Positions 48,770-62,239 of a stretch of DNA of 64,000 nt are shown here, one piece after another. Made by a program: the position numbers and the translations under genes. Positions within the stretch are counted from its first letter, which is position 1. Every line of letters starts with the position of its first letter. The notes under the pieces were generated by a model. That model saw only the letters and a program-made list of their open reading frames with translations. It ran no database searches and was not told where the DNA came from. Source of the DNA: Blasia pusilla (taxonomy: Eukaryota); assembly GCA_050084515.1 (NCBI GenBank), contig CM114271.1, positions 8,122,001 to 8,186,000 of the forward strand. The letters run 5' to 3'.

Positions 48770-50088
48770 TTAGGCTGTTGGGGTGTTGACATATTTTACC
48801 AACAACCGCGGAACCTTGGGCTCCGGGCATTCCACTGCAGTGTGCCCGCCCTTCTTGCAATTTCCGCACAAGGGATTGAGTCCTACTAGCCGCTTTGGAT
48901 TTGGGCAATTATTAGCCCAATGGTCAACTGCCCCGCAATTATAACAACAATTCCTTTTTATGGGTGGCGTGAAGGCCGCCACGCCCATAATCTGTCTTAG
49001 AGGTCTGTGTTCCCCGTATTCCGGAGGCACATATCGGGTGATCCAACTTTGTCCGGGATTTGGTGGTGGCACACCTTGGATTGCATAGCACCCTTCCCAC
49101 TGTTCGGGTTCATACCACCCTTCTTCTATAGTGGGATCTTCCTGGATCCAACGTAAATCCCTCTGAGTATGGCATTCCTGGGAAGTATGCCCTTGGGTTC
49201 CGCAAGTACTGCACCAGAAGTTGGGCCTCATCAGACCTGGTCGTCTTTTGGGGTCCTTCTGGGCCGCCAGATGTACCTTCAATTCTGCCGTTTGCTTACT
49301 TAGCTCTTCCATGGCCGACTTTCCGGCCTTCCTTGCTGTCCCCCTCACTAGACTTTCCGACTGTTGGGGAAGGTGCTTTGTGGGTCAGGTTTTCCTTCGA
49401 TGCTTGGGAGAGTGGTGGCGCCTACTTTTTCTTTTCCGTTTAGATTTTAAATCTTTTTTAGAGTCCGAGGACTCCGAAGTATCCCCCATAGAGGACTCCG
49501 TGTCTGTGGAAGACGCTTCGTCCTCCAACGAAGCACTAGTTTGCGACGAACCTCGTCGTTGGTGACGCCGTCTTCGTGTTTTACGGGACTTCTCTGAGTC
49601 TTCGTACGCCTCTACGGAGGCTATGACTGCTTCCAAGGAATCTCGTTGGCCCTCGCCCGGCAAGATCGGTCCATTTCTTTGGGCCGATCGACACGAACCA
49701 ATCTACCAATTGCGAGGTAGTAGTGTGTTCCAGTTTATTCACCAGGCTTCGAAACCTTTGTATGTATTCCCGAAGATTTTCCTTCTTTTTACGTTTCAAG
49801 TTGCGAAGCTTTGTAAGAAGCCTGTCCTCAAACTCCAGGTCGTGGAACTCATGTAGGAAGGACTCCAATACCCTTTTCCATGTTTCCGTGACGTCCGCTC
49901 TGAGACCCTCGTACCACTGGCTTGCTCGCTTCTTGAGCAGGCAAGGAAAGACTCGCAACAAATCCTCCTCTGAGCCTTCCCCATTTGCCTTGGCTACATG
50001 GGTAAATTCAAGCACAAAGTTGTCCACTCATCTCGCCGTCCCCCGGCAAAGGTGGGGTACCTTAGCAGCATCTTCTTAGTATTGGCCA
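48770..50088 (-). pseudogene. Gag with three CCHC zinc knuckles (frameshifted)
   Basis: Retrotrans-gag-like RASQWY...ENLREYIQRF; CSTCGTQGHTSQEC, CYNCGAVDHWANNC, CGNCKKGGHTAVEC. Confidence 0.88.
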
Positions 50089-50840
50089 TAGGGAATTCTC
50101 TGCTACTGGGTCCCGGGCTTGATGCTTGGGAGGGAGGAGGTAGCGGCTTCACTCTAGTTGATTTGGTCAGCTCCGCGTCCCCCGACTCCCCAAAGGGGTC
50201 CCAGGTTGACTCTTCGTCCGACTGCAAACTGGAAGGGGACGTAGTGGAGAGTTTGTTCTTGTCTCTCTTCTTGCTCTTGGGCTTCGTGCGAAGACCAAGA
50301 CCAGGAGACAGCCTAGGCGGTCTCCAAGCCGGGTGATCTTCTTGTTGCTTACTGCGTCGATCGGCTCGCTGATCTCTCGAAGAGAGCCGGGAGCCTTCCA
50401 TGAGTCCCTTCTGGGATTCGGGAGCTTGCTTCCGCACCCACGGTCGCAACAAGGTAGGGGTCCATGGAGGGAAATTAAATGTTTCTACTTCCTAAGCCTA
50501 GAGGAGTGTGCCAGGTGCTCTTAATCTTCCTGCCAGGTTTTCCTCCCATAAACAGAAGTATCGGGTCATCACCAAGTACAACTGACGTTCATGGGCGGAG
50601 CACCATTCGGCGACTGGTTTATTGACAAGACTAATTAATTGTTCTATCTTTTCTAGCACCAATGCACCAATGCAGCAAATCGGTTGTTATCTTCCTTCAT
50701 CCATTGTCTGAGGGGGATAGCTAGAGATAGCAGATGGTCTTCAGTAAGAACTAGCTGGTTGGGTCTTCTAGGAGACGAGGCTTCTTTCCCCGCTCCCGGA
50801 TTCCCCATGTGTCTCTCTCCCTTTTCAGCAAAGAATATGA

Positions 50841-50858
50841 TCCCTGGCAGTGGCGCCA
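50841..50858 (-). other. Putative primer-binding site
   Basis: Minus strand ctttt-TGGCGCCACTGCCAGGGA, similar to the TGGCGCCGTTGCCGGGGA PBS of plant Athila-like elements; upstream of gag. Confidence 0.65.
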
Positions 50859-50864
50859 AAAAGT

Positions 50865-52300
50865 TTCTTGCTATATGTCATGTACAAGAGTTTCTATTTT
50901 ACAGTCGTTTTAATAAGTTCGATCCCCAAGAGGATCATTGTTTGATGAAAAGAGAGTTCGAAATTACAATTCTGTTGTAATAGTTGTATTTAAATGTGTA
51001 TGAGTTATATTCAATGTCTTATCAATATCTTTGGATCTTTCTTAGTACCAAAGGATCTTTTCTCAATTCTCTCTAGTGGAATTGACAGCATGCTCAGGTA
51101 GATTTCCTGTCGACATCAAGAAACCTCACGGAGACCTCAACATGAAAGCTCGCTTCTCCTACTTTCGGAACTCAATCCGGCTCGGTAGGCTACTCTCTGT
51201 CAAACAGATTTCCTACAACTCATGTTGATTATTTCATTGATGAGACAGGTTTGCCTGATTCACAATTCACTCTGCAGACCCAAAAAGAATACTTTGACAT
51301 AAGCATTGCACATCAGAATAAATGAATGATTGCTTTACTACTCCATCAAGAATGAGAAAGCTTCAAAGTGTATACAAGCTCGAGAGGGTACTACTCCCTT
51401 GCTTGGACCATTCCTACAACATAAGGACTTTGTAAGAGAATGATGATTATGGCTTCTATCTTGTTTCTTAAATACTCGCTGGAGTAGGAGTGATCCAAAG
51501 ATTCGAAGCGTTCTTGATGAAGCTAGTGTCTCTTCACTATTTCTAACTACCTAGATCTATGGCTCTCTTAGTTTTTCCTACGATTCCTGTGAATCCGCAA
51601 CACAAAACTGTCCTAACTACCAATTTGATACAAAGGGTTGCGCGCCCTTTCCTAGTCTAACTGTTCTAACATACGTCGCTTAAAATCACAGTCATTCTTA
51701 GCTTCGCTTCGCTGGACTTCATGAGGACGAAGCACTCCATGCTTGGTCCTTATTTCAAGTGCTTCGTGCTTCGCGCTTTGTACAAGAGCAAAGTACTTCT
51801 TTCTCCTTTTCTTCCTGCTTCGTTATGTTTCGTTATATAGAGAAGCACTTCGTAGACAGAGCTTTGTTGAGCTCCATTCAACTTCGTTCTGAGTCTTGAG
51901 ACTTCATTATTGCATTTTCCTCTCCTCCAAGGCAAATCCTTGATCTTCCATCTCTCTGCCTTGTCCCAAGAGCTTCGTGATTCACTTTAATTTTACTCAT
52001 TCTTCCTCATAATAATAAATAATCATAATCAAAATCATAATGTACAAGAGTCTTCGTTGATAAAAAGATATATTCTTCAAGAGTACAAAATTGTGGGTAT
52101 CACATGCTGCCAAATCCCAGACATTCGAAAAAATAATAAGCTCCAAAGCTTCCTCTCTTTGGGTATACCTACAATATCCCGTTCCCTCTCCCAAGTTCTC
52201 TCCACGATAATATATGCTTGTAGGTTATCTCCTTGGATCTTGACCTATTATAGGGGCTCAAGAGCCACTCCCCAAAGTGGAAGATCAACTATACTTCTAT
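50865..52300 (-). mobile_element. Probable 5' LTR of the 45165-50860 element (outer boundary uncertain)
   Basis: Non-coding sequence adjacent to the PBS; no second LTR in the window to confirm. Confidence 0.4.
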
Positions 52301-52689
52301 TAGAAATTCATCCAAAATTGAAAGTTTATCTATATACCTTCAAATGAGCCAAGACGCCGAATTTGAACTTCACGGTAGTTTAAGGAGAAAATGTGTTCCA
52401 AAACGCCAAATAGCACCGCAATAATTAAAAAATCCATGTTGTGCTTTGAATGCAACTTTAACCCTCTTCATTCTTTCTTATGTAGGCCAACTCACTGCCC
52501 CATGAGCCACCTCTACAAATGCATTGATAACTCTCCCAACAATGTGCATTGTAGTTCACTTCTTGCTATTAAAGAGCTCGCCAATCCCCAATAGTTGATC
52601 CCTTGTACCAAGATGGCATAACAAAATTAGGAAGGTGGGTAGACATAACAAAAGTAGGGGAAGAATGGAAAGTTACATCGCAATCAGCA

Positions 52690-55077
52690 GGGGGCTGGTA
52701 TTCTGACGGGAGAGAGGAGAGTCTCTCTTCAAAAAAAGGGGCCAAATCCCTAATCTCTCTTCAAAACTTTATTCACTTTTTGAGGTTTCTCCCCTACTTC
52801 AAATGCAAGAAATTTTTAAAAGTGAGTAAGAAGTGCACCACTTTGGGTGAAAAACTAACCACATTTTCTCAGACCAAGATGTGAAGATAGAAATGTTAAT
52901 GTCAACAATTAATCATGAAAGTTAATGAGAGTTCATAATCTCTCTCCTGATAGAGACACCAACCCACCATCATCAATGAATTTATAGGTGGATTTACTAA
53001 TAAAAACCACTTTGAAAATACGCTACAATGTTGAACCTGTGTTAGGAAATACGCTATAGTGGGCTCTTTATCCAAGACTCCCACCCTCATCCCTAACACT
53101 TCGTGGAAATCTAACAACCAGTCATGACAGACTTGTGATTCCGACGGGACTACAATGAAGGAAACGAGAAGGAGGAGGCTGGGAGTTGCAAAGCATGAAT
53201 TGAAAATTAGGGTAATAAATTGTAAAAAATGGCCATGTTATTCATTTCCGTAAGGGAATTATAGTACCGAAGCTTGCAACCTTTGAGAAAAACAAATTTT
53301 CCAGAAGTATGCTTTGAAGGAAATGGGGGAGCGAGAGGAAACGATGTTAGCATTCTTCCCATGTTGCATACCATCTTCCAAAGTTTTGGAAACTTCACAT
53401 CCATTTGAAGAAGGATCTTGACAAGTGGTTGTATTCTGCTCTGCAACCCATCAGACTTCGACAAGTTGGAAGATATAACAAATCCATGGTGCGAACGAAA
53501 ACAAAATCATTAAAAGCGCTTGCAACCTGTCGGAATCCGACATCTTGCAAGCACTATCTTTTTTGTCTTTATCTTCCAACCCGTCGGAATACAACAGGTT
53601 GCAAGTTAAAGACAAAAAAGACAAAGTTGTTACCAAGGTTTTCCTCTCACAAGTTTGAACCTGTGCAACCCATTTGAATCAGACTTGTTGCAAGATGTGG
53701 CATCAATCAAGAAGATGTTCCTAGAGTCACCTTAGAGTAGGCATGCATGAAAGAGCTGGGCTAGTATTGTGGCAGATTTCATGAGTGTACTGGAGGATGT
53801 CAAAAGTGGAAGATGCAAAAGAGCCAAATCAAGAATAGAAAACCCAAAAAATGAAACGATGAGAAGGAAATCAACTAGATTCATGCAACTTTTCAGATTA
53901 AGAGCCAATCAACCAGAGTCATGCAACCTGTCGGAATCCGTGAAGTTATAGGAATCCAAGAGATCTCAAAAATAATGTGTTAGAGAAGAATGGTTGGAAG
54001 ATAATGGGGGAAGGAGGAGAAATTGAAGAAGCTTTCCAGAATGCTTGAAAGGATGGACTAACAGGAAAAGAAAATCACTCAAGCAGCCAGCCTCTCGAAA
54101 TCTAACAGGTTGCCTGACTAGATGATAGAAAAAGGGGTTAAAAAAGGTTGCAAGAGAGTTTCGGTTGTAACTTCGTCAACCTGGTCTACAAATATCACAA
54201 GACACGAGAATTTGTGCATACATCTTTAGTCATCCAAGTTCCATTTTTGGCTTGCAACGTGTTGACGTCCGACGAGTTCACAGAAACAAAATCACATACC
54301 ATTTAAGTCAATCAAGAAAACTTACAAACATGCTCCAGAGGGGAGAAATTTGAAGAGAAGAAACAATTTCAACTCTTACAACCTGTCAAAATTGGACAAG
54401 TTGCAAACTTGGTCCTCGGTTTGCAACCCATTGGAATCCAACATGTTGCAAACCTGGTCCAAGACCTGCAACTTGTCGGAATCTGACAAGTTGCAAACAT
54501 GGTCCATGGTTTCCAACCCGTCGGAATTCGACAGGTTGCAAACCTGATGGAAGGTCTACAACTTGTCTGGATCCGACAAGTTGCTTGGTCCTTGCTTTGC
54601 AACCCGTTGGAATCCAACAGGCTGCAAACTTGGGCTCTGGATGCAATCCGTCGGAATCCAACAGGTTGCAAACTTGGGCCGTGGTTTGCAACCCGTCGGA
54701 ATCCAACAAGTTGCAAAATTTTCCGTGGTTTGCAACCCGTCAAAATTCGACGGGTTGTAAAATAAAGACCATCTGGTAGAGATATCAAGACACAATCAAG
54801 AACGAGCTTGACCAGACATAGAAGCACAACAATTCATAAACTCTTCAAAAACCATCGGTGTAGGAAAATCATAAGTCCTTTATTGCATCCGAGGAAAACT
54901 TGGAAATTTACATTTCCTCTAGTCTATAATTTTTTTCATCCGTGTCATCTACAAATTTACTCCTAACTCTCTCAGGTTCTTGTACAAAAGGAATGTCTTG
55001 GGATACAAGTGGCTCCTCTAGCTGATTGTAGATGGGGATTGAGAATGTAGGGAAATTTGAGAGCCTTGGGCCCCCCC
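52690..55077 (+). mobile_element. Left arm of a diverged MULE subfamily (copy E), interrupted by copy D
   Basis: Same terminus GGGGGCTGGTATTCTGACGGGAGAGAGGAGAGTCTCTCTTCAAAAAAAGGGGCCAAATCC; palindrome variants; 54850-55077 homologous to 4145-4372. Confidence 0.8.
54375..54760. repeat. Near-tandem palindrome array (about 40-46 bp period) in copy E
   Basis: tgcaacccgtcggaatccaacaagttgca-type units with 12-18 bp spacers. Confidence 0.85.
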
Positions 55078-56097
55078 GGGGGCTAGTATTATGACAGGAG
55101 AGAGTAAGAGAGGAGAGGAAGAGAGGAAGAGAGGAGAGTCTCTCTTAAAGAAAAAAGGCCAAATCTGCCTCCTCTCTTCAAAACTTTTTGACATATTTGA
55201 AATTTTTTTTGCTTTAAAATTCAGGAAATCTTTAGAAGAGAGTATTTAGTGGTCCACATTTGGCCCTAAAAAAACCTCCTCTTTCCTGGGGGCGAGAAAA
55301 AATGAGACATCATAAGACCACCCTAAACATTTTTCCATCACTCTCCATGTGAGCCTAAGTTTCTTAACATTCCCTGTCTCGGTCAACAAAAAGCAGTGCC
55401 CTTGGTATTTTTGTTGGAGGACCACCCGGATGGGTACCTCTCTTTTTGCAGGGATTGTTGCCTGCATCATGGACTCCCCTAAATTACCCCATAACCAACT
55501 TTCTGTCGGTTATGAATGATGTCTGCTCAAGACCAACTTTCTGAAATGTGAACAAATCAGATCCTAAGGCTGAGAAAACGAGAAGCTGCACCCCTCCCAA
55601 CCCGTAAGAAAGCTCACCATAAGAAAGGAAAAGATTTTTAGAAGTGATTTTCTTCCACCCTGCACCCACGACGATCTAACGGGTTGGGAATCCGAAATGG
55701 CAATCCGACAGGTAGTAGGAATCCTGCACATCTTAGACAAGAAAACAAGCCTAGAACTGGTTGGACGAATGAAGGGGAACGAGCCAAAAGTCAAGAAGCC
55801 CGCCACAATGCGTCAGAAGTTGGTCTCACAGGGATAGAGTCCGATCACTCAAGCAGTCAACCTGTCGGAATCCGACAGGTTGCTTGGAAATGGTTAAAAA
55901 GTTGCAGTGGGCATAAAGCAAAAAGTTGCAACCCGTCGGAATCATACGGGTTGCAGAATTGTAATTCTGAGTAGCTAAAAGAACACAATCCACAAGTCCA
56001 AAAACATATTCCAGCAAACTTTTACAAACACCATTATGGGTTGGAAAAATCTAGTCCTTAATTACCTCCGAAGGAACCTCGGAAATGTACATTTCAC

Positions 56098-59000
56098 CTA
56101 GTCTATGATTTCTTCAGCATCGTCATCTACAAATTTACTCCTAACTCTCCTCGGTGACACTACCAAAGGAATGTCCTGGGATTCAAGTGGCTCCTCTGGC
56201 CGATTGTAGACGGGGATCGAAAATGTTGGCGAATTCAAGAGCCTTGGCCCCCCCCTAGGTACACCATAACGGTCCCATGTAACCTGTCTCGAGTCCCACC
56301 GCCTTCCTCGGCAGTATACCTTGTACGCTCTGCAATGTGACACCCATCCAATATCAATATCTGCTCCGTCCTTGGTAATACCACTATGGCAACCGCACAG
56401 GTAGAAGGAATCCAACACGTCTGAGAGAAGAAAAGAAGCCTCGCGCCGCTTTTACGAGTTGAGGGAAGGTGCCAAGGGAAGAAGCCCGCCAGATCGCTCG
56501 ATCCGAAAGGGTCGATCGGCAACTGTCGGAATCGACAGTTGCCTGGAGGTGGTAAAAAGGGTCTAGTGGTCAAAAAGCGAAAAGTTGCAAGGAGGAGAAA
56601 TCCGACGGGTTGCAGTGGTCATAAAGTGAAAATTGCAAGCAGGAGAAATCCGACGGGTTGCAAAGTAGAAGACCGTGGAGTACATAGACGATCACATTCG
56701 AAAAGACAAAATGATCAGCAAACATTTACAAGCACCACCATCGATCGAAAAAATCTTCTGCTTTATATCATCCGAAAAAAGCTCGGAACTGTATATTTGA
56801 TCTATTCTATGAAATCTTTTGCCAAATTATCAAAAAACTTCCTACTCCGAACGCTGCAGTCAAGCTGGGTTGTTGAGTTCTTTGAACTCACTCGTCATCG
56901 TCCGAGAGCTCTTGCAAAATCACTTTCGGCCTTGCCCTCCCGATTTTGGGAATCGTTGGAAGTGACGATGGAGTCACTACCAAGGGTGGCTCTGGAACCG
57001 GAGCTCTCGGCTTTGGTGGAGAGTTGTACGCCCCAACGAGCCTTTTGTATTCTGCCTTTGCCTCCTTGTAAAGGTCAAACAGTTCCTGCCTTCCCTTGAG
57101 GCAGAGAATGTTCCTGCCACTCTGCCAGGCGCCTCTGATACTCGCCCCTGAAAGGCCCACTAAGTCGAACACCAAGTCACCCGGCCTTGAGCAGAGCACA
57201 TGAGCGTTTGCATCAGGGCTGGCAACTTTTCCCTTCCTCCCAGAAGTGGGGTACTGTCTTGCATGTAAATTCCCGGGGGGGAATTGTACAAACTATCTAA
57301 GTTGTACCCATCTGAGCATGGATCCACAGGATCCTGGATCTTGAACACCTGGAAATTGTGCTCGGGCGAACGGCAAAGCGACACGAGGGAGTGGTCCATC
57401 CAGTAAATCAGACGAAACAATGTCAGAAACTAAAGAAGTCGCCTTGAGAAGATTTTCAATAACTGACTTTGGATCAACCTGTCGGAGTCCGACGGATTGT
57501 TTTGTCCCGGACCAACCCGTCGGAACCCGACGGGTTGCAGTTGCTTTTGGGTTTTCCAAGTTGATTTTGGTTTTCGGATGCAACCCGTCGGAAGGCGACG
57601 GGTTTTGGCCTCAGACCAGCCCATGCTCGCCTGAGCAACCGCCGATAGCAACCCGTCGCTATTAGGCGGGTTGCATCAAAACAAAATCAGCGCAACCCGT
57701 CGGGTTCCGGCGGGTTGCGTGTACACCGCGTTTTCCCTGTGTATGTGGGAAAGATGCAACCCGTCGGAAACCGATGGGTTGCTCTTAGCCGAGCATGGGC
57801 TGCTCTAAGCCAGCAACCCGTCGCCTTCCGACGGGTTGCTCACGGACAAAAAAAACCCAGATTGACTCTCATTCTACACATCATTATAAGATAATTGAAA
57901 TTATTGTACATGAATTGAGCCTTACCCGAATCTCACTCGTCGCGGATCGGAGTGGATACTCATTTTTTATGATCCACGATTGTGCCGTCCTCCACTTTAG
58001 CGACCTCTTGACGCACTGGAGGTTGAAGAGCTCGTCCTCGCTCCCTCCAATCAACACCAAGAAGCAGCCCCTGTCACTCAGATAGGCGTCTGCAAAGGAG
58101 AACAAAAGTGCAATCTGGTCATAAGTGAGCGGCAGATTCCACTCAGGTACCTCGTCCGCCGGATTTTCGCCCCAAAGTTGCAACCCCGAGGGCACATCGG
58201 CGATCAAGAGATCCACCGCAACCTCTTCCACCACTCCATTCACCGTCCAAGCAGCGTGCCCGTTTCGTTGGAGCTTCCTTCCCAGCGTTGTCAATTTTTC
58301 GATGGCAGTTGTTGACGCTTGAGAAGCGAAGTCGTTTCACTCATCCGATAAAGAAAGAGGTGAATCAAGGAGGACGCTTGTCCGGTCGTTGTTTGTCTGT
58401 GTCTTCCCAAGGATGATGGGCTGTATTCTCCTTGGGGCAACCCGGGCACCTCTCGCTTCCGCTTCTCCCAGTCTGGGGACGGCTTGTCGGGGTTTCTATG
58501 ACCTCGGATTCTGGTGGCGTTTTCTTCGCCGAGGACCTGGTCCGACCCTCTCTCCCTGCTCGTCCGGACGATTCCGCCTCTCGCCTCTCATCTTCAGGCT
58601 CTCTTTGGGAAGTCTCGGCCTCTGAATTTTTCCCTCCCCTCGCCTTGCCTTTGAGACCTTGTGGATTTGTCTTTGGCTGTCCGGACCTTGGAAGCCAACT
58701 CGGTGTCTCGTGGGCTGCTCTTCTGCATCTCCTCCGAAGAAGTCTTCAGGCTGGACGAAATTGGGGATGTCGTCTTGTCCTGAGGCCACTGCATCATGAA
58801 GCACTCGTAAGTCCTTATCCGTGATGTCTTCAGGGTCGTTGAAGTCGAGCCAAATGGGGCAATTCTCCACCTCCCAATCCGACATGTGCTGACCCATCTC
58901 CACGACGTACATGGAGAATGTCTCTGCATCCGGCGGCGAAGCCCACAATTTCAAGGCTGCCGGTAATTTTCCCCACGTACCTGCGTTCTTACACTGGACG

Positions 59001-61895
59001 AGGTACCTGAATACCATCCATTGGGCAGCCTTTAGTCGGACATTATCGGCCGTCTGCTCCTGTAGATCTCGCTTCTTCTTCGCTTGATCCCGTTTGTTAC
59101 CCTCTACTTCTTCGTCAAGCTTTGCCTGAGGGAGGACGCAAACCTTGAACATGGTCTTGAATCCAGGGTTCTTGGTTGGCTTGTCCCGGATGTCGTCGAG
59201 CCAAACCTCATAATCTCCAGAACTTTCAAGGTTTGCTTCCGGCGGAATGGGCTCTAATCTTCTGAGCTCCGCTTGCACCGTCCAAAGACGGACTTCGATT
59301 ACCGCAACGCGCCCGGAACGACCATTCGCGTAGCCAATGCGAGATCATCGGATCGGACACACCGGAGGATGGTGTGCCGCCCTCTTCGGGCCTCTCGAGC
59401 CCTCGGGGCGATTTTCATCGGTCGTATCCTCTTGAACTCGCTAATCCCGGATAACGCAAAACGATGCACGCGATCCGGCGACACTTTCTCCCCAATCCGA
59501 CCATGCGGATCTTCATCCCTCTTCGGCCGACGCTTGATAATCGCCTTGAGCTCCTTGTAGAACTCGGACCAAGTTCGGGGTTGAGAATCTTGATGTATCG
59601 CGCATCTTGCTCGCCGTGTATTTTGTTGCAGCGAATCAAAGAACTTGATGAATTTGGCGCGCTCGAGGCAGATACCTTCTCCCTCCGCTCGGCTCGATTA
59701 ACGCTTTTCTTGGCCTGTATCTTCGACCAGCAAAGGATGGTTCTGTTGCATCTTGAGAAATAAACTTGTTCGCCCAAGTTTTTCTTCTTAATCTAAGCAC
59801 CCTTTGCAAGCATCGATTGACGAGGGCATCGCCAAGAACCCCAGTACTCTCCGGGTGCGTCGTAGCACCTTCCTCACCCGATCGCGATCCTGGATCCAAT
59901 GGTCGGTGACATTCCCCTCCGATACAATCCCGCACATCCAAACTCAACCCGTCAGGAAATTACATGGGTTCCTGCAACCCGTCGGACTCCGACGGGTCGC
60001 GTAAATCAGGGTCGGATTCTAGCAACAAGCTAAATGATGCAACCCGTCGGAGTCCGACGGTTTGCATTGAGATTTGCTAATGCCAGGTAAGCAACTCGTC
60101 GGACTCCGACCGGTTGCTGGACTGCACGCTTTCTCGGATGTTTTTAAGATTGCAACTCGCCGGACTCCGGCGGGTTCCGGATCGCACGCTTTTTTCGGAT
60201 GTTTTTAAGATTGCAACTTCGTCGGACTCGGCGACTTGTTTGATTGAACATAGATTTCACTAGTTTTTGGCCCAAAGCAAACCGTCGGAGTCCGACGGGT
60301 TGCTCGATAGGCCGCCTTGTGAGGTTGTTTTTTTAAGAATGCAACTCGTCGGACTCCGACGAGTTGCTCGAGTGACTGCAGTTTAGAAGATTTTTGCCCC
60401 AAAGCAACCCGTCGGACTCCGACGGGTTGCACTCTTCAAAAAACATCCTCACAAGGCGGCCTATCGAGCAACCTGTCGGACTCCGACGGTTTGCTTTGGG
60501 CCAAAAACTAGTTAAATCTATGTTCCATCAAACAAGTCGTCGGAGTCCGACGAGTTGCAATCTTAAAAAAACATCCGGAAAAGCGTGCAGTCTAGCAACC
60601 CATCGGAGTCCGACGAGTTGCTTTCTGCCTAAACAAACCTAACCCATTCATCAATCGAGCAACTCGTCGGAGTCCGACGAGTTGCGAAAGTGTTAAAGAT
60701 ACTCACGTGTTCATGGCATGCATTGCCATCTCCACCGTCGCCATGTGATGAGGGTATGGGTGAAGGACCACTGCCTTCACGCAGAAATGTGCCTCCAATG
60801 AGTTGGGGCGCTCCTCCGCAAACTTGGTCCACGCCATGAACCTGTGATTTCCATCCCGAGATGAAGAAATGCGATTCCTCATCCGGCTGAATTCCGTGCC
60901 CTCAACTTGCCTTTCAAGTCTGGTCTCGCATCCTCGAATGTGTCAAGATTTTCCAAGTCCTCCTCGGTAACGAGCTTGGGTTCCATGCTCGTCGAAGGCT
61001 GAACATAGAAGGGAGGAAAGTGCCCACGAGGGGATCTTTGTCGCGGCCGATTATTTTAGCTTTGCGATGTCCTCGTCGGACTGTATTTCGCGCACGTATT
61101 CCATTGTCCTTAATCGGCAGAGGGGCGTTGTGGCCCTCCATGAGTGCCATCTGCTTTACCACATGTCAGAACCGGGACAAGAGGAATAAGGTGCACTAAA
61201 ATCCCAATGAATTGCAATTCACATAATTAAAAAAACCGAGAACCTCTCTTACCCGCTCGAAAATGGAGTCGGTTTCTTGACCAGCTAACTTGTCTGAGAC
61301 AGGGGCTGGCAAATCGACCGGGAACTCATCGATCCAATAGAGGTCAATGTCCTCCGCCGGGCTTGGAGTCGAGAATGACCGCTCTCCGGCTTCTTCGGCC
61401 ATGTCCACCATCTCCACGCTGGCGGTCCTCATGACCTCGTCGTCATCGATTTGAACTGGTGTTGTTTCCACTATGTTGATTGTGTCCCCGGACTTCGTGG
61501 GGGACATTTCCCGCATCTCAACACTTGCTATTGGACGAGCTGGGCTATCGTCAATGGCTATCGCTTTTTCCCGCCCGCTTTAGCCCAGTCGCCCTCCTCA
61601 CGCGGCGCCCAGGCGCTTCTTTTCTCTCTTTTCATCGGCGATCCTTTTCTTCAAGGCCTGCGGCGTCTCGGCCTCTTCGTTCGTTTATCTAGCGCCGCTT
61701 GAACACGTCTCGCCGAAGCACTTGGTTGTGCATCTCCGCTTCCCTTTCCGCTCCTCGATTTCCTGCTTTGCCTAATTTCATTCGCGAACGAGGCCAGGAG
61801 AAGCGACGCAGAGTCCTAATGGACTTGGGAGTGAAGCTCCCAGACTTGTTGGCTTGTGTTTTTTTCCTCGTCATTTTTGCCGGAAATGCCTCCAC
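56098..61895 (-). pseudogene. ParB-MTase accessory gene (copy D)
   Basis: DLLIADVPSG (57884-58294), CSRPGDLVFDLVGLSGASIRGAWQSGRNILCL (56888-57199), frameshifted ParB exon at about 60710-61165. Confidence 0.7.
59970..60690. repeat. 27-bp palindrome array (intron, copy D)
   Basis: Perfect palindrome GCAACCCGTCGGA-C-TCCGACGGGTTGC at 60404-60430. Confidence 0.92.
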
Positions 61896-62239
61896 CTATG
61901 TCCACGACAAATCCCTTGATCAGTCGCCTTGCTGATGTCGAGATGGGAGCTCGTCTCGCCTTGATGGTTAGCTCGAATCGTCCCGATATCGTTCGGTCGA
62001 ACCGTCTCGCTCTCGTTCCCTCCTATCGACTCGCGATGTGTCGCCGCGTGAAGTGCCCCTTCGTATCTGATCAGCTGCTGCGCGGGAGAGTGAGGAGTGA
62101 GGAATGAAGATCACGAAATGAGAAACCGGAAATGAGCGATTTCTGCCCTATTTATACTTTTCTAGCCGTTGGGCTGACCGTTGGGTCCCGTCGTCCTTTT
62201 GACGGCGACGTGCCGGATGTTACGGAAGTCCGAATGTGA

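Larger units (their letters stand above)
45165..50860 (-). mobile_element. Ty3/Gypsy retrotransposon internal region (gag-PR-RT-RH-INT), 3'-truncated
   Basis: Canonical Ty3/Gypsy domain order; see sub-features. Confidence 0.93.
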
